Below, one piece after another: positions 22,185-32,042 of a stretch of DNA of 64,000 bases. The DNA comes from a virus (lineage: Duplodnaviria; Caudoviricetes). Location: the IMG/VR virus record IMGVR_UViG_3300035703_002708. One strand, written 5' to 3'. Below the pieces are notes generated by a model, which searched no databases, was not told the origin of the DNA, and was given only the letters and a program-made list of their open reading frames with translations. The position numbers and the translations under genes were made by a program. The stretch's first letter is position 1; the number at the start of each line of letters is the position of its first letter.

Positions 22185-24545
22185 ATGAACGCTTATATTT
22201 GCATTTCAAGTACTGGTAATACTCCTCTTACAGGATTTACCATTTTTCAAAACGTAGATAACTATCTTACACCGTTGGTTAGTAATGTACCATTGAGTAA
22301 TTTCTTATTACCAAATTGTCCATACGTAGTAACAAATGTTGACCCAAATACAACAATTATAAGATTATATGATTATGGTGCCGGTTGTTGTGTTGATATT
22401 CCATATACCGATGGATTTAACATATGTGACATATGTGTCCCACTAGGTTTCAGTGCCAATAGTTCGCCAAATGTCGGTTCGATATCTGTTGGACAACTAT
22501 CTGGTGGATGTGACCCGTCAATAGGTCAGTATTATTTGGAATGGTATGGTCCTGGTACAGGAAGTACTCAATTAGTATTCACTAGTGGATTCGGTGGACC
22601 AATACCGAATTTTAATTCATACCAAATGGAACATCCGCTTACAGGTACAAGTCAAGTTCCTCTTATTAGTGGGGCTTATAGACCTATAATTAGATATATC
22701 GATACTAATGGTATTATTTATTCTTGGGCTTTTGGTGCTTACGGGGATTGTTTTCAAAACAATCCTTTCATAGTTTTACCATACACGGCAACTAATGGTT
22801 CTGGAGTAGATTACGAACACGAATTAGTTTTCAGTGGAGACCCAAGACCAGGATTTACTCAATCAGGTACTATAGAGTTGTCAGGAACAACTAACTATGT
22901 ACCTTTCAGGTTCGATGGAAACCTAAGTAAAAAAATATTGAGAATCGAGTTTTCAGGAAGTGCTTATCCTGCACCACTACAATTAGAAAATGTATTACTA
23001 GGTTTTATACCTAACACAAACACATTAAATTTTGAAACAACACAATTTGCAAAAGATGGCGGCCCTAACGCCGATTTTTTCACTAGAGTATTATGTTTGA
23101 CAGGTCTAACAAGGAATGCTGGTGACACTCTTACATTTTATATTGATAGTCCCTATACTTCAGCAGAGAATTTTATTACAAATTGGAGTTTTTATTTTGA
23201 CCAATTACCTACCTTTGATTGTACTAGTTGTTTATTGGACACTCCTAAGTACCTTATAAGCGGTGGTTCGTTTAGTGCTTCAAGTGGTACTTGTTCTTCT
23301 ACAACTGTAACCTTTTCAGTGTCAGGATGCTCGTCAACCGTTGACCTCAATAAGGATTTATATAAATATATTTTCAAAAACAGTGGATTTGCATATCCTG
23401 GACCCTATGGGTATAGTGCTAACGCAAATGGTCTAATTCCTGTATCTGTTAATTTGGGTAACGGTATTTCAAAAGAATGTTATGTTGATTTATATTTACC
23501 TGAAAATGTACTTCCTAATGACTGTATTGATATGTCACTTAGCGCCGGTGCACAAGCTCTGGCCAAAATGTATGTTAATATATCAAACACAAGTCCTAAT
23601 ACAAAATTAATTGAATGGTTTTGGACTGATTTTGCAACTAACCCAGTTTCCGCTAATTTGTTCAATTACATCCAACAAAGTTGGACTGATGTGATAACTC
23701 AGTTTACACCTAACGACTATCCAAGTACCGATTATAGATATTATCGAGCTCTTTACTTCCAAGCACCAACAGGTACTGGTGGTTCTACTCAATGTAACGA
23801 TGAGGCCTACATAGGTTGTTTCTTAAATCAAAATACAACCACCGCAACTTTTACTGTGACACCTAGTACAGTACCTAATATCAATATTTATAAAATATCG
23901 ATACAGGGTTCGTTTTTCGCAAATCCACAATTACTTTTGAATTCCTATGGTCCTTGTGATGATGCAAACACTTGTAAATCAATCAATGGTGACCAATATC
24001 AAAACATCGCTAAAAAGGTACAGGATTTTATAAGTGCAACTACAGTTAATATTACTGATACTGGTCTGGTTGGTTTCACACCCAGCCCAATGCCTGGTAA
24101 ACCCATCTCACCAGACTTCTACACCAAAAACCCGTTTCAGGTTTATTATCCCATTTTTATAAACTCACCTGGTAACCCTCAAGGTTCTACCGCAAATACT
24201 AGCAATTTCGCAAGTGTTTACCAATATCAAATGAAGACGTATCCATCATCAGGTGCTTCACCTAATTCACAAACTGTGATTTCTGGTTTGACTGCTGATA
24301 CCTGTAGTTCATTGACAGGTAAGACTTACAATCCTTATAGTGCGGATTCAACTAACTATAGAAGTACTTATCAGAAATATCACTTCTATTATGATATAGT
24401 CGATAATCCAAATGTTACTTTAGGTTATAGTATTTATGCAAATGATATTTTATCAAACGGTCAACCTTCGGGTACTCAAACTTTGATTGCAACAGGTACC
24501 GGCTCAACATTAACAATTATAAATTCTTCCTACTTCACACCATAA
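22185..24545 (+). CDS. Hypothetical beta-rich virion-type protein, paralog of the next gene
   Basis: 786 aa. Shares CPYV...IRL...GCC.(D/E)IP, WYGP...FTSG.G, HPLTG and TF.C..C motifs with 24559..26742. Confidence 0.7.
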   Translation: MNAYICISSTGNTPLTGFTIFQNVDNYLTPLVSNVPLSNFLLPNCPYVVTNVDPNTTIIRLYDYGAGCCVDIPYTDGFNICDICVPLGFSANSSPNVGSISVGQLSGGCDPSIGQYYLEWYGPGTGSTQLVFTSGFGGPIPNFNSYQMEHPLTGTSQVPLISGAYRPIIRYIDTNGIIYSWAFGAYGDCFQNNPFIVLPYTATNGSGVDYEHELVFSGDPRPGFTQSGTIELSGTTNYVPFRFDGNLSKKILRIEFSGSAYPAPLQLENVLLGFIPNTNTLNFETTQFAKDGGPNADFFTRVLCLTGLTRNAGDTLTFYIDSPYTSAENFITNWSFYFDQLPTFDCTSCLLDTPKYLISGGSFSASSGTCSSTTVTFSVSGCSSTVDLNKDLYKYIFKNSGFAYPGPYGYSANANGLIPVSVNLGNGISKECYVDLYLPENVLPNDCIDMSLSAGAQALAKMYVNISNTSPNTKLIEWFWTDFATNPVSANLFNYIQQSWTDVITQFTPNDYPSTDYRYYRALYFQAPTGTGGSTQCNDEAYIGCFLNQNTTTATFTVTPSTVPNINIYKISIQGSFFANPQLLLNSYGPCDDANTCKSINGDQYQNIAKKVQDFISATTVNITDTGLVGFTPSPMPGKPISPDFYTKNPFQVYYPIFINSPGNPQGSTANTSNFASVYQYQMKTYPSSGASPNSQTVISGLTADTCSSLTGKTYNPYSADSTNYRSTYQKYHFYYDIVDNPNVTLGYSIYANDILSNGQPSGTQTLIATGTGSTLTIINSSYFTP

Positions 24546-24558
24546 AAATTAAAACTTT

Positions 24559-26742
24559 ATGCCATTTTCCATAGATTTATGTCTTACTAATACAGGAAAC
24601 ACGGTATTGGGTCCAACCTTTTTAGTTTTTTCTGATACGAATCCTAACGTACCTTTCACAACAATAAATTTATCAGATATTGTTCAGACTGAATGTCCTT
24701 ATGTTTTGAGTGGTGTGCCTGATAATGCAACATCTATAAGGTTATTAAATTTACCAACAGGGTGTTGTATTGAAATTCCGATAACCGGAAATTTGGATTT
24801 ATGTATAATGTGTGATTTAGGATTCAACGTTTATTCGGCAAATACCGTCAGTGTAATTACCGCAGGTAATTTGACTGGTAGTTGTGACGATAATATTACA
24901 GACTATGTCGTTAATTGGTATGGACCTGATAGTAGTACCAACATTCAGTTCACAAGTGGAAAAGGAAATACTTTTACTTATGATTGGATACATCCGTTAA
25001 CAGGAAACTCATCGGTTTTTGCACCAGCCGGCGTCTATACCCCAAAAATAGAATCCATAATACTAAATGGAGAACTTCTCCAAGAAGATTATGGAGTTTT
25101 ATCAAATTGTTTTTCTGCGGTTACTGTTGAAGCATTCAACTGTTCGAATGGAAATAATACCAATCCACCCTCACTTGCACTTACGGCTTATTCACATGTA
25201 ATTGAGTTTAGTCAACAATCACAAGGAAATGTACCACCAAATTTATCGGCGATATTCGAGTTATCTGCAAACACAAATTTCTTGGCCTTTGCTTTTAAGG
25301 GGGCAAGTGTACCAGATTCACTAAAAATTTCTTTTTCAGGTGCTAGCTACTCTACACCATTAGTTATGGAGTATATCACGGTTGGTGATAACCTGACGAC
25401 ATCAAATCTAAACCCAAATTCATTTCCAAAAAGTGCTGACACCCTATTCTTTTTTTCTAAGGTTCTTAATTTACAAGATACTGTAACGGTATTACCTGGC
25501 GATTATTTGATAATCGAGGTAGAACCAAATCCGACAAATCCAAATACTGAATGGACATTGTATTTAAAATGTTTAGAAACTTTCAATTGTGTCAAATGTA
25601 TAGACACAAACACACCACACAAAATATTACAAAGTTCCATAACAGGTATTACTGGCAGTTGCGGTCAGTTACAAATTCAATTTGTTTTGACGGGATGTTC
25701 AAACAGTCAAAATAATTCAGAGGATGTGTTCAAATACTTTTTGAATGATGGATTAACCCAATCCCCACTTGCAAACAATGGGATAACTGTTGGGTCTCAA
25801 TATACAACATTTAATTTATTTTATAGTGCGCTTACATGTAGTTTTAATCAAGCGCCAGGTTTCCCTTATCAAATTTCATGTTATATCTCAGGTTCCGACA
25901 ATATAAATTTTAGAACTTATAGACCAAACGTTAATACTAGAATTCTTGAATTTAAATTTGAAGGACTTTCGGACTTCAATGCTTACCTTTCCAACTTTTT
26001 AGATGCTATGCAGTATAGTGGTTCGTCAGACCCAACAAACATAACTTACTATAGTAGATTATTTCTAAGTGTACCGGCGCCTAGTGGTGGTACACTTTGT
26101 GGTGACAATACCACACGACTTGATTTTACATTACACCCACCTACGTTAGATTACGCAACAGGAACCACTATTGAATTTCCATATAATTATACTTTTTCAA
26201 TTACGTCAACAACCATATCAAACGGTGCCTCATATAATATTTGTGACCAAAATTGTTTGAGTTTTTTAGATGGTACAGTAAATACGGTAAATGCTAGTGT
26301 TACAGGTTCTAGTCTCGATATAACAGGGACAACGACAGTCTCGTCAAGATACCAATATCCATTTTATAATATTTGGAGATTTACAAGTAGCACAACTAAT
26401 CAAACGTCTACATTTTATAATTTCTCAATAAGGTTTCCGACATATTCAAATGCAACCTATGTGGCGTCAGGAACGCCATTACAAAACATTTCAACAATGT
26501 CCGCCACAACCTGTGATTTTTCATCATCCATGTATCAAGACATCTTTGCCGGGGTTACCGAATGGTATCAATATGTTGGTTCTTATTTGCTGCAAAGAAC
26601 AAATCCGAATAATCCTAATGATTTTAGAATCATGGCTTCGGTTATAACTAATGGCCAACCAAGTTTTTTATATGATGTTTTGGCTTACGGAATTTCAGGA
26701 GGCACCGTTTATGCTTCTAACCCAACCTACATTCAATCTTAG
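24559..26742 (+). CDS. Hypothetical beta-rich virion-type protein, paralog of the previous gene
   Basis: 727 aa; collinear motif matches with 22185..24545. Confidence 0.7.
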   Translation: MPFSIDLCLTNTGNTVLGPTFLVFSDTNPNVPFTTINLSDIVQTECPYVLSGVPDNATSIRLLNLPTGCCIEIPITGNLDLCIMCDLGFNVYSANTVSVITAGNLTGSCDDNITDYVVNWYGPDSSTNIQFTSGKGNTFTYDWIHPLTGNSSVFAPAGVYTPKIESIILNGELLQEDYGVLSNCFSAVTVEAFNCSNGNNTNPPSLALTAYSHVIEFSQQSQGNVPPNLSAIFELSANTNFLAFAFKGASVPDSLKISFSGASYSTPLVMEYITVGDNLTTSNLNPNSFPKSADTLFFFSKVLNLQDTVTVLPGDYLIIEVEPNPTNPNTEWTLYLKCLETFNCVKCIDTNTPHKILQSSITGITGSCGQLQIQFVLTGCSNSQNNSEDVFKYFLNDGLTQSPLANNGITVGSQYTTFNLFYSALTCSFNQAPGFPYQISCYISGSDNINFRTYRPNVNTRILEFKFEGLSDFNAYLSNFLDAMQYSGSSDPTNITYYSRLFLSVPAPSGGTLCGDNTTRLDFTLHPPTLDYATGTTIEFPYNYTFSITSTTISNGASYNICDQNCLSFLDGTVNTVNASVTGSSLDITGTTTVSSRYQYPFYNIWRFTSSTTNQTSTFYNFSIRFPTYSNATYVASGTPLQNISTMSATTCDFSSSMYQDIFAGVTEWYQYVGSYLLQRTNPNNPNDFRIMASVITNGQPSFLYDVLAYGISGGTVYASNPTYIQS

Positions 26743-26812
26743 AAAATTAATTTCCTTCTATTTATTTGTCCAACTCATCTCCTATTTTTCTATCAAAATA
26801 GAACAATAATTT

Positions 26813-28063
26813 ATGAAAATATTTATTCAAATTGCCTCTTACAGAGACCCCGAATTAGAAAAAACAGTTAAATCCGCAATTGAGAATGCAAAAAAACCGA
26901 AAAATTTAGTTTTCGGAATTGCTCGTCAATATCATCCTGATGACAAGTTCGACACTTTGGACGAATACAGAAAGGACAAAAGATTTAGAATTTTGGACAT
27001 TCCATATTTGGAATCACAAGGAACTTGTTGGGCAAGAAACCAAATCCAACAATTATATAAAGGTGAAGAATACACCTTACAAATTGATTCCCACATGAGA
27101 TTTGCACCAAATTGGGATGAAGAAATGATTGGTATGGTTAAGCAACTTCAGAAAAAAGGGCACAAAAAACCTTTACTGACAGGATACGTATCATCATTTA
27201 ATCCCGATAATGACCCACAAGAAAGAATTCAAGAACCTTGGAGAATGGTTTTTGATAGGTTTATACCTGAAGGGGCGGTTTTTTTCTTACCTGAAACAAT
27301 TCCTGGTTGGCAAACCCTTACTGAACCTATCACCGCAAGATTTTATTCCGCACACTTTGGTTTTTCACTTGGAAGTTTTGCCGTTGACGTACAGCATGAC
27401 CCCGATTATTACTTTCACGGTGAAGAAATCTCAATCGCGGCAAGAGCATATACTCACGGATATGATTTGTTCCACCCACACAAAGTATTGATTTGGCATG
27501 AATACACAAGAAAAGGAAGAACAAAACAGTGGGACGACGATACAGACTGGGTTACTAAAAACAACAGATGTCATTTAAAAAACAGGAAACTTTTTTCTAT
27601 GGACGGCGAAGTATATAATCCAGAAGAATTTGGTATCTATGGTTTCGGAACTGAACGTAGTTTAAGAGATTATGAAAAATATTCGGGTCTTCTTTTCGAA
27701 AGAAGGGCCATCCAACAATATACAATAGATAAAAACTATCCACCAAATCCATATAATTTTGATAACGAAGAAGATTGGAAAAATAGTTTCGCATCAATAT
27801 TCAAACATTGTATAGATATCGGTTATCATCAGGTACCTGAAACAGATTATGAGTTTTGGGTTGTTGCTTTCCATAATGAATCGGATGAAACAATATACAG
27901 AAAAGATGCCGACGCAGACGAAATTAGACGAATGAAGAACGACCCTGATGGTTACTGTAAAGTTTGGAGGGAATTCCAAACATCACATAAACCTAAGTAT
28001 TGGGTTGTTTGGCCATACTCAACAACCAAAGGTTGGTGTGAAAGAATAACAGGAACTTTATAA
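26813..28063 (+). CDS. GT60-like polypeptide alpha-N-acetylglucosaminyltransferase (Gnt1/OGNT-like, 'GlcNAc' family)
   Basis: KIFIQIASYRDPEL, LQIDSHMRFAPNWD and FHGEEISIAARAYTHGYDLFHP...IWHEY match the family signatures IFVSI.SYRD, QIDSHMRF and FFGEE...RL.THG. Confidence 0.85.
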   Translation: MKIFIQIASYRDPELEKTVKSAIENAKKPKNLVFGIARQYHPDDKFDTLDEYRKDKRFRILDIPYLESQGTCWARNQIQQLYKGEEYTLQIDSHMRFAPNWDEEMIGMVKQLQKKGHKKPLLTGYVSSFNPDNDPQERIQEPWRMVFDRFIPEGAVFFLPETIPGWQTLTEPITARFYSAHFGFSLGSFAVDVQHDPDYYFHGEEISIAARAYTHGYDLFHPHKVLIWHEYTRKGRTKQWDDDTDWVTKNNRCHLKNRKLFSMDGEVYNPEEFGIYGFGTERSLRDYEKYSGLLFERRAIQQYTIDKNYPPNPYNFDNEEDWKNSFASIFKHCIDIGYHQVPETDYEFWVVAFHNESDETIYRKDADADEIRRMKNDPDGYCKVWREFQTSHKPKYWVVWPYSTTKGWCERITGTL

Positions 28064-28065
28064 GT

Positions 28066-28905
28066 ATGATTGAGATACATAATGAATGGGACCCATTTGA
28101 CAATGGAGAGTGGTTCGCAACGGAAAGAAAAAATTTCGGACATAAGTTGTTTGCATATATTATCCCACGAATAATGTCGGAATTATTGAATTACAATTTA
28201 ATTGTTCCAGAAAATTCATACATTGGAAAAATAAACAAAGAAAATGGTAATGAATTTGAGAAAGTTTTATTTCCATATACTAGCATAACCGACAGATTGT
28301 CTTTCACTGACAATGTTGTGGAGCTCAATGACGAATCACTTAATGGTAGTGATATCGAGACATTTGTTAAAAATATAAATGGAAATAAAATATATTCTAA
28401 ATGTCACTGTTCTAATTACAACTACATAAAACCTCACAAGAGTTTGGTTAGAGAAATCCTAAAAGATTTGATAGTACCGAAATCTCACGAAAATGACATA
28501 TTACTTTTTTTGAGGAAAAGTAGAAGAGCACATACATATCGTCTACCTGATAGTTACTATTTGAATATTTTAGAAAACGAAAGTTTTGACAAGATGTACT
28601 TATCGGTGGATGATATTGACAGACACTACAACCTATATCAAAATTTAAAAAAGTATGACCCAATAATACTTGAGGGTGATATACTCGAAAATTTTAAAAA
28701 GGCCACATCATTCAACAAAATGATTTGTTCTCAGGGACAATTTGCGTTTTGGGCAGCTTGGCTGTCTGATGCGGACAAAATATATTGGCCAATAACAAAT
28801 GCAGGGCCTAATGCAGGACCCGAAGTACATCGTCACCACTTAAATTTAAAAGTCGACGACGAAGAAAGGTATACATTTATTAACATAGAAAACATTTATC
28901 ATTGA
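28066..28905 (+). CDS. GT11-like (alpha-1,2-fucosyltransferase-like) glycosyltransferase, divergent
   Basis: NFGHKLFAY (cf. GLGNQLFQY) and MICSQGQFAFWAAWLSDADKIYWP (cf. IIANSTFSWWAA.L...K.II.P). Confidence 0.65.
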   Translation: MIEIHNEWDPFDNGEWFATERKNFGHKLFAYIIPRIMSELLNYNLIVPENSYIGKINKENGNEFEKVLFPYTSITDRLSFTDNVVELNDESLNGSDIETFVKNINGNKIYSKCHCSNYNYIKPHKSLVREILKDLIVPKSHENDILLFLRKSRRAHTYRLPDSYYLNILENESFDKMYLSVDDIDRHYNLYQNLKKYDPIILEGDILENFKKATSFNKMICSQGQFAFWAAWLSDADKIYWPITNAGPNAGPEVHRHHLNLKVDDEERYTFINIENIYH

Positions 28906-29870
28906 TGAAAAAAAAAATTAAAATAACGAGAGGAAATTTTTGTAACAATTGTAGTTATTACTTGGTTAATTATTTAGTAAATTTACTCAAAAAAAATTAT
29001 GATGTAGAAATTTCTAACGACAACCCCGACATAGTTTTTTTCTCCAATCAATTCGTGAGTACAAGTAATTTGGACGAATACACCGGTGAAAATGCTAAAA
29101 CAGAATACGATTTTCCTAACGCAAAGAAAGTTTTCATAAGCGGTGAGGCGGTGGCCAATTACGATTATTATACGACAAAAAGTGACCAACACTTTACAAT
29201 TGGTAAACCTGGTGACTTGAATAACGAAAGGCATTTGAATATTTCATATTTTTCTATTGTTTCGGCATGGCAATTATGGGATGAATGTAAAATGTTCGAT
29301 AGTCCATTTGGTTGGTTAACGCAAAAGAAAAACTTGGGAGAAATTTTAAAAAATAAAAAATATTTTGCGGCAATAGTACAACAATCGACAAATGACTATA
29401 GAAGAGGTTTGTTTGATAACCTTTGTACCATAGAAAAGGTTAGGTCTTGTGGAGGTTTTGAAACTAATATACCTGATTGTTCTTTAGCGAACAGAGGTAG
29501 AACAGAAGCTGAAGCTTACGGCAACAAAGTAAAGTTTCTCTCAGAACATTTTTTTTCCTTACAGGTGCAATCAACGACTTTAGATTGGTTCACCCAAGAA
29601 AAAATAATCCAAGCATATGCCGCAAACACAATACCAATTTTTTGGGGTAACCCACAGATTTTAGATGATGGATTTAATCCTGAATCATTTATTAATTGTC
29701 ATAATTATTCTTCAATAGAAGAGGTTACAGAAAAAGTTAGAGAAATCTATTCTGATAAAAATAAGGTCTATAAAATGTTATTGGAACCTGTCTTTGTTGA
29801 TAACAAGTTACCGAAAGAGTTTGATGAAGATGTTTTGATTGAGTTTTTAGATAAAATTGTTAAACATTAA
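28905..29870 (+). CDS. GT10-like (alpha-1,3/4-fucosyltransferase-like) glycosyltransferase
   Basis: NPDIVFFS, KKVFISGE, KVKFLSEHFFSL...FTQEKIIQAYAANTIPIFWG...FNPESFINCHNY resemble Helicobacter-type FucT. ATG overlaps the upstream TGA (TGATG). Confidence 0.8.
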   Translation: MKKKIKITRGNFCNNCSYYLVNYLVNLLKKNYDVEISNDNPDIVFFSNQFVSTSNLDEYTGENAKTEYDFPNAKKVFISGEAVANYDYYTTKSDQHFTIGKPGDLNNERHLNISYFSIVSAWQLWDECKMFDSPFGWLTQKKNLGEILKNKKYFAAIVQQSTNDYRRGLFDNLCTIEKVRSCGGFETNIPDCSLANRGRTEAEAYGNKVKFLSEHFFSLQVQSTTLDWFTQEKIIQAYAANTIPIFWGNPQILDDGFNPESFINCHNYSSIEEVTEKVREIYSDKNKVYKMLLEPVFVDNKLPKEFDEDVLIEFLDKIVKH

Positions 29871-29875
29871 ATATT

Positions 29876-31312
29876 ATGGAGAATTACAAAAACGTTTCCG
29901 CAGAAAACATTTTGAAAAATTTGAGAGACAGAATAAATCAAGAAAATATAACTTTTTTACAGATAGGTGCAAACGACGGTTATACAAATGACATAGCTAG
30001 TCTAATTTTAAAACCATCAGATAAAGGAGTTTTCGTGGAACCCATAAAAGAAAGTTTCGAAAAGTTAATCTCGAACAAAAAAAACTTCTCGAACTCAAAG
30101 TTCGCTAACTTGGCAATATTACCAGATGAACTGCAAGATTACAACGAGATGAATTTGTTATCCGATTGCCCCTCTAATTTAGGTGCATCATTCAGTTTAT
30201 TTAATCGAGGTAGAATAATCAAAACAGAAAAAGTGGATGTGTCAACACCATTGGAATTTCTATACAGTTATAGAATAAACGATTTGGATTTTTTATTTTG
30301 TAACGCTTCGACATTGGACCATTTAATTGTTTTGGACACCGTGAAACGAATACAACCAAAAGTTTTATTCTTCAACACTTGTTATTGGTGTAACAATGAT
30401 TATGAGTTGGAATTAACAGATACTGTAAAGATAACCATTCCATCAAGAAAAAAAATGAAGGAATTTTTAAATAATTTAAATTATGAGGTTATCGATTTAT
30501 GGGAGAATTCGGAAAACAAAAGAGAAGACATATTGGCATTTAAAAAAGAATTGAATGGGGATTTCGTCGAGATAATAGAACCTAAAGTAATCGAAAAATT
30601 AGAACCAAAACAAGTTAGTATTAATCACAATTTAGAAAAGGTAATTTCATTCACACTTTTCGGTAACAACTTAAAATACTATGTTGGTGCGGAAAAAAAT
30701 ATTGAAATTAATAAAAAACTTCTACCTGATTGGACAAACGTAATATACTACCACAAAGACAGTATTTTACCAGGTTATGTAGAAAAATTGACAAACTTGG
30801 GGGCAAAACTAATCGATGTTAGTTCAATTATTATATCGGGAAAAGAAAGCATCCAATTCCAATATTTTTGGAGATTTTTCAGTTTTTTCGAAGAAGGGAT
30901 TTCTATTGTTAGAGATTTAGATAGTAGATTTTCAGAGAGAGAAGTTAAATACATAAACGAATGGTTGAAATCAAGTAAGAATTACTTTATCATACGAGAC
31001 CATCCTTGGCATTCACAAGTACCTAGTGGATTGTTCGGTATCAAAAATAAAGATGAAGAATTCAAAACACATTTCGAAGACTTTATAAAAAATTCAGAAA
31101 TCAGATGGGGAAGCGACCAAGATATACTATTCCAATTCATGGAAAGAAAAAACAAAAATGAAGTTTTTTATTGTGGATTTGATGATAATGAAAACTATAT
31201 TCCAAGAGACAATAAAAATTTCTTTATAGGTATGCAAATAGACGAAAATGAACAACCACTAAACCCAAGTGCGACTGTTGCATTGGAATTTCTAGAAAGT
31301 ATTAATTTATAA
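29876..31312 (+). CDS. FkbM-like methyltransferase fused to a putative GT-A-type domain
   Basis: N-terminal FLQIGANDG...GVFVEP. C-terminal KVISFTLFG...WRF...VRDLDSR...IIRDHPWH...DQDIL. Confidence 0.6.
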   Translation: MENYKNVSAENILKNLRDRINQENITFLQIGANDGYTNDIASLILKPSDKGVFVEPIKESFEKLISNKKNFSNSKFANLAILPDELQDYNEMNLLSDCPSNLGASFSLFNRGRIIKTEKVDVSTPLEFLYSYRINDLDFLFCNASTLDHLIVLDTVKRIQPKVLFFNTCYWCNNDYELELTDTVKITIPSRKKMKEFLNNLNYEVIDLWENSENKREDILAFKKELNGDFVEIIEPKVIEKLEPKQVSINHNLEKVISFTLFGNNLKYYVGAEKNIEINKKLLPDWTNVIYYHKDSILPGYVEKLTNLGAKLIDVSSIIISGKESIQFQYFWRFFSFFEEGISIVRDLDSRFSEREVKYINEWLKSSKNYFIIRDHPWHSQVPSGLFGIKNKDEEFKTHFEDFIKNSEIRWGSDQDILFQFMERKNKNEVFYCGFDDNENYIPRDNKNFFIGMQIDENEQPLNPSATVALEFLESINL

Positions 31313-31314
31313 TA

Positions 31315-32034
31315 ATGGCTTATTCTTATTGTTTCTGTACAGTTGCAGTCGGTCAACCCTACCTTGATTCTGCTTTGACTTTTGCTAAAGTGCTAAATGA
31401 AAAGTCAAAAGGACATCATATGATTATAGTCACTGATGAAACAGTGGAAGAAAAGATAGACAATACCACCATCACCCTATTACCCAACGACAAAAAAAAA
31501 TTTATAGGACCTTGGTTCAATTGGATGTTGAAATACTATCCAATTAAAGTGGCCAAAGATTTGGGTTTCGATTTCATCGTTTTTTTGGACGCTGATTGGA
31601 GACTAACATCATTTTATGACGAAAATGGATTGAGAAACGTTTTCAAATTTATGGTTGAGTCCGATGTCGACATATGTTTTGAAAGACCATACAGGATAGG
31701 TAGTGCGAAAAAAGATGGGCGACATTGTATTTTTTCACATAAAGTCGAATTTTATAATCTATTGGAAACTGAAGAGTACGATGACGGACACGCATGTAAT
31801 GAACAATTCTTGATTTTAAAAAAATCCGAAAAGTTGAACTTGTTCGTATCTAAGTTTGAAGAACTCCATGATAAAAGTTCCGAACACAATATTTGGCCAT
31901 TTTGTGAAGGATTAGAAATTGGAATGTCAATGTCATTCGCAAAAATGAATATGAATTGGGGTGGATGGGAACCACATTTGAGAAACATGTTTGAATTTAC
32001 ATGTAAAAATGGTGGAATAAATGTTAGATATTAA
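31315..32034 (+). CDS. Putative GT-A fold glycosyltransferase
   Basis: CTVAVGQPY N-terminal strand, WMLKYYPI and a DxD motif in IVFLDADW; located inside the GT cluster. Confidence 0.55.
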   Translation: MAYSYCFCTVAVGQPYLDSALTFAKVLNEKSKGHHMIIVTDETVEEKIDNTTITLLPNDKKKFIGPWFNWMLKYYPIKVAKDLGFDFIVFLDADWRLTSFYDENGLRNVFKFMVESDVDICFERPYRIGSAKKDGRHCIFSHKVEFYNLLETEEYDDGHACNEQFLILKKSEKLNLFVSKFEELHDKSSEHNIWPFCEGLEIGMSMSFAKMNMNWGGWEPHLRNMFEFTCKNGGINVRY

Positions 32035-32042
32035 TTTTATTG

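Noticed and set aside
28908-28917. A10 homopolymer just after the GT10-like start as a phase-variation switch
   Set aside because: A-runs of 8-10 nt are common throughout this AT-rich sequence and encode Lys; there is no read-level evidence of slippage.
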